In this document: positions 61,633 to 64,000 of the stretch, piece after piece | How positions within the stretch are numbered: the first letter of the stretch is position 1 | Layout: each line of letters opens with the position of its first letter | The notes under the pieces: model-generated | Told to the model about the DNA's origin: nothing | Seen by the model: only the letters and a program-made list of their open reading frames with translations | Databases searched by the model: none | Position numbers and translations under genes: made by a program | Origin: a virus | DNA: 64,000 nucleotides | Virus record (IMG/VR): IMGVR_UViG_3300045988_023906 | Strand: one strand, 5' to 3'

Positions 61633-61674
61633 AAGGGAAGATAAGTAATAAACTTATCTTCCCTTTACTTTTTA
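61633..61674 (+). terminator. rho-independent terminator
   Basis: AAGGGAAGATAAGT-AATAA-ACTTATCTTCCCTT followed by TACTTTTT. Confidence 0.8.
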
Positions 61675-61707
61675 AATAATATTCTTGTATAATTCTGATA
61701 CTTTACT

Positions 61708-61715
61708 TATCTTTG
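61708..61715 (+). promoter_or_regulatory. Bacteroides-type -7 box (TATCTTTG, within CTTTACTTATCTTTGCA)
   Basis: It lies 19 nt upstream of the ATG at 61734. Confidence 0.55.
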
Positions 61716-61733
61716 CAAATAAATTATTATAAC

Positions 61734-64000
61734 ATGGTTAATAGAAAAGTTATAAGGAAACACAATAGTCCTGTTACTACTGGTATCATTAATAGATATG
61801 ATGATGGTGGTAGTATATGGGACATTAGCAAGCTTTTTACCAAAGAAAACTTAGGTAAACTAGGTCTTGGATTATTAGGCCCCGCTGGTAATGCAGCAAA
61901 TGGTTTAATAAGTAATGGACTAAGTTCAGGAGCAGGCAATGCAGTCAATAAAGTAGGAAGTACTGTGGGTTCTGCCATTAGCACAGTCAACCCTTTATTA
62001 GGAGGCATTGTATCTGCTGGTACTGGGTTGATAGGTGGTATAACCAATGCATTATTCGGTTCAAAGATTAATGAGGAAAATGTCAATAATGTCAGAAACT
62101 CCAATAATGCCCTGAGTACAGTTAAAGTTGATAGCAGTAGCAATGACTCTATACTTAATCAATGGTCTAATCAGGACTTTGGAGCAGACTTCTCCCAATC
62201 AGATATTGGGAAAGATGGATTGTTCAGTGACAAGGCAGAAGATTTATATAATGAGTTGAAGAAGGAACAGGAGATAGCCAGAGGCAGAGCACTGCTAAGT
62301 TATGATAATGCAATAGAAAGTGCTGATAAGATGAATGATTTAAGAGCTATGTCCAATTACATGGCAAAGGGAGGTAAGATTCATATCAAGCCTGAGAACA
62401 GAGGCAAGTTTACTGCCCTTAAAAAGAGGACTGGAAAGTCAGCATCTTGGTTCAAGGAGCATGGTACTCCTGCACAAAAGAAGATGGCTACCTTTGCCTT
62501 GAATGCTAGAAAGTGGAAACATGATGATGGAGGATGGATAGATGAAGAGTTTACTTTGCCTTACAGTGCCTATATAGCAGACAGGGTAAATAACATGGGA
62601 CTTAATAACTCTCAAAAGGCTGCTGTATACAGTTCAATATATGGGGAATCAAGGTTCAATCCCTATGCCTATAATCCCAGAGGTGGTGGAAAGGGAGCAC
62701 ATGGAATCATGCAATGGAGAGGTGCCAGAATACCTGAAAGCTCTTATCTGCCTAGCCAAATGGACTACTTGGAAAATACACTTAATAGTGTAGATAGGAT
62801 GAATTGGTTGAGTAAGAGAAGTCTGAACAATTTCAAGAAATCCAATACTCCTGAGGCTTCCTCCTCTGCATTTGAAAGAGGATATGTCAGGGGAGAGGAG
62901 TTCTCTAGAACCTCTAAAAGAAAGAAGGCAAGGTCTGTATATGACAAGATGCACACTCCCAGTCTGTCTGACTTATCAGATTATAATATGAGAACTATTA
63001 CCAAACCTAATATACAAATACCTTTTAATCCATTTGGAGATGGTGGCCTCATGGGTACTCATGGGGCAGATTTTACCAATGGTGTCACTGTTATAAATAA
63101 TGGAGGATACCATGAAGAGAATCCACATGAAGGAGTACAGATTGGGGTTGATTATAATGGAATACCTAATCTTGTGGAAGAAGGAGAGGTGATTTATAAT
63201 GATTATGTATTTAGTAACAGGATTAAAGTACCTGATTCAGTGAAGCAGAAGTATAAATTGAAAGGTGGCAAAGGTCTGACATTTGCAGATGCTGCCAAAA
63301 GGATTCAAAAGGAGTCTGAGGAAAGACCCAATGACCCAATAAGCAAGAGAGGGCTGGAAGATGGTCTCATAAAGTTAATGCAGGAGCAAGAGGCTCTTAG
63401 AGGACAGGGGCAATATGGACTTGAAGGAGTACAATATGCAGAAGGAGGTCTTATACCTGATGATTACACATATACTCCGGTGTTTGGTTCTTGGAAATCA
63501 GGAGAGATGCCAGAGGTTACAGCTACAGCAAAGAGACCCAGCATGATTAAATATGTGGATTATGACATACCTTCTACCATAGAGCCTATAGGTATTGATG
63601 GGCTTTATGCAGGATTTAGTGGCCTGTCTCCTATGGAAATATCAGGTATTGGTGAAGTAGGATATGATATACCTTCTAATGTGGAAGGTACAACTCCTGC
63701 TAAAGTTAGGGTACCCAAAAGAAAGGGTAATACAGATAGAAGAGGATTTGATGCTACTTGGCTAAGATATGCACCTGTAGTAGGAGCTGCAATAGGACTA
63801 GGACAGAACTTATTCAGTAGACCAGACTATACAAGTGCAGATACAATACTTGAAGCAGCTAATCAAGCAGGTAATTATACTCCAGTAGAATATACTCCAA
63901 TAGGCAACTACTTACAATATAGACCTTTTGACAGAAGCTTCTATTTGAATAAACTTAATGCACAGGCAGGTGCTACAAGAAGGGCTATTATGAATACTAC
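61734..64000 (+). CDS. giant virion (ejected cargo-type) protein with an SLT-like lytic transglycosylase motif; partial, continues past the window end
   Basis: Absent from the ORF track because there is no stop. I translated it manually from the ATG at 61734 to 64000 and found no stop (over 755 codons). It has a Gly/Asn-rich N-terminus. YGESRFNPYAYNPRGGGKGAHGIMQWRG is an SLT/phage-tail-lysozyme signature. Confidence 0.75.
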   Translation, partial: MVNRKVIRKHNSPVTTGIINRYDDGGSIWDISKLFTKENLGKLGLGLLGPAGNAANGLISNGLSSGAGNAVNKVGSTVGSAISTVNPLLGGIVSAGTGLIGGITNALFGSKINEENVNNVRNSNNALSTVKVDSSSNDSILNQWSNQDFGADFSQSDIGKDGLFSDKAEDLYNELKKEQEIARGRALLSYDNAIESADKMNDLRAMSNYMAKGGKIHIKPENRGKFTALKKRTGKSASWFKEHGTPAQKKMATFALNARKWKHDDGGWIDEEFTLPYSAYIADRVNNMGLNNSQKAAVYSSIYGESRFNPYAYNPRGGGKGAHGIMQWRGARIPESSYLPSQMDYLENTLNSVDRMNWLSKRSLNNFKKSNTPEASSSAFERGYVRGEEFSRTSKRKKARSVYDKMHTPSLSDLSDYNMRTITKPNIQIPFNPFGDGGLMGTHGADFTNGVTVINNGGYHEENPHEGVQIGVDYNGIPNLVEEGEVIYNDYVFSNRIKVPDSVKQKYKLKGGKGLTFADAAKRIQKESEERPNDPISKRGLEDGLIKLMQEQEALRGQGQYGLEGVQYAEGGLIPDDYTYTPVFGSWKSGEMPEVTATAKRPSMIKYVDYDIPSTIEPIGIDGLYAGFSGLSPMEISGIGEVGYDIPSNVEGTTPAKVRVPKRKGNTDRRGFDATWLRYAPVVGAAIGLGQNLFSRPDYTSADTILEAANQAGNYTPVEYTPIGNYLQYRPFDRSFYLNKLNAQAGATRRAIMNT

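Noticed and set aside
61727-62956. Minus-strand ORFs 61727-62143, 62649-62954 and 62765-62956
   Set aside because: They are antisense to the uninterrupted plus-strand giant ORF that starts at 61734 and carries a recognisable SLT motif.
1-64000. CRISPR arrays, integrase/lysogeny module, rRNA genes, DNA polymerase and RNA polymerase
   Set aside because: I saw no regularly spaced repeat-spacer structure, no tyrosine or serine recombinase motif, and no polymerase motif in any ORF of this window. The polymerases probably lie outside it.

Overview
The window is AT-rich and looks like most of a crAss-like (Crassvirales-type) phage genome from a Bacteroidota host. The evidence is the gene content and order, repeated Bacteroides-type TAnnTTTG -7 promoter boxes, and a Bacteroidales-like tmRNA.

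There are two divergent arms.
- Positions 1-22650 are almost all minus-strand. They carry replication and early genes: PD-(D/E)XK nucleases, UDG, an E1-like/JAB pair, a Toprim primase, a P-loop ATPase, a DnaB-like helicase and an SF2 helicase. They also carry an envelope-directed cluster (glucosaminidase lipoprotein, SPFH lipoprotein, PRTase), a tmRNA plus tRNA-Arg, and small early ORFs.
- Positions 22843-64000 are plus-strand. They start with an ORF-free structured leader, a PLC-like phosphodiesterase and an HExxH protein. A 23-member tRNA array with an embedded Dps-like gene follows, then small genes. The late module comes last: TerL, portal, tail fibres, a lysis cassette, a receptor-binding protein, a scaffold-like protein, MCP, connector paralogs, a 1453-aa tail protein, and a giant partial virion protein with an SLT lysozyme motif.

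Six homing-endonuclease genes are scattered through both arms.

Main finds:
1. A textbook DGR signature at the C-terminus of the 698-aa receptor-binding protein. A 106-bp VR/TR pair differs at 26 positions, and all 26 are template adenines. Only an N-terminal remnant of the reverse transcriptase is present.
2. A full-length phage-borne tmRNA that appears to encode the tag GNTSYRVAA.
3. An overlapping operon with E1-like (ThiF) and JAB/MPN genes inside the replication module.
4. A promoter-proximal structured region of about 380 nt with no ORF, next to the tRNA array.
5. A recurring motif containing the anti-Shine-Dalgarno sequence upstream of the early genes.

All calls come from reading the sequence and recognising motifs by eye. 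No database searches were run.
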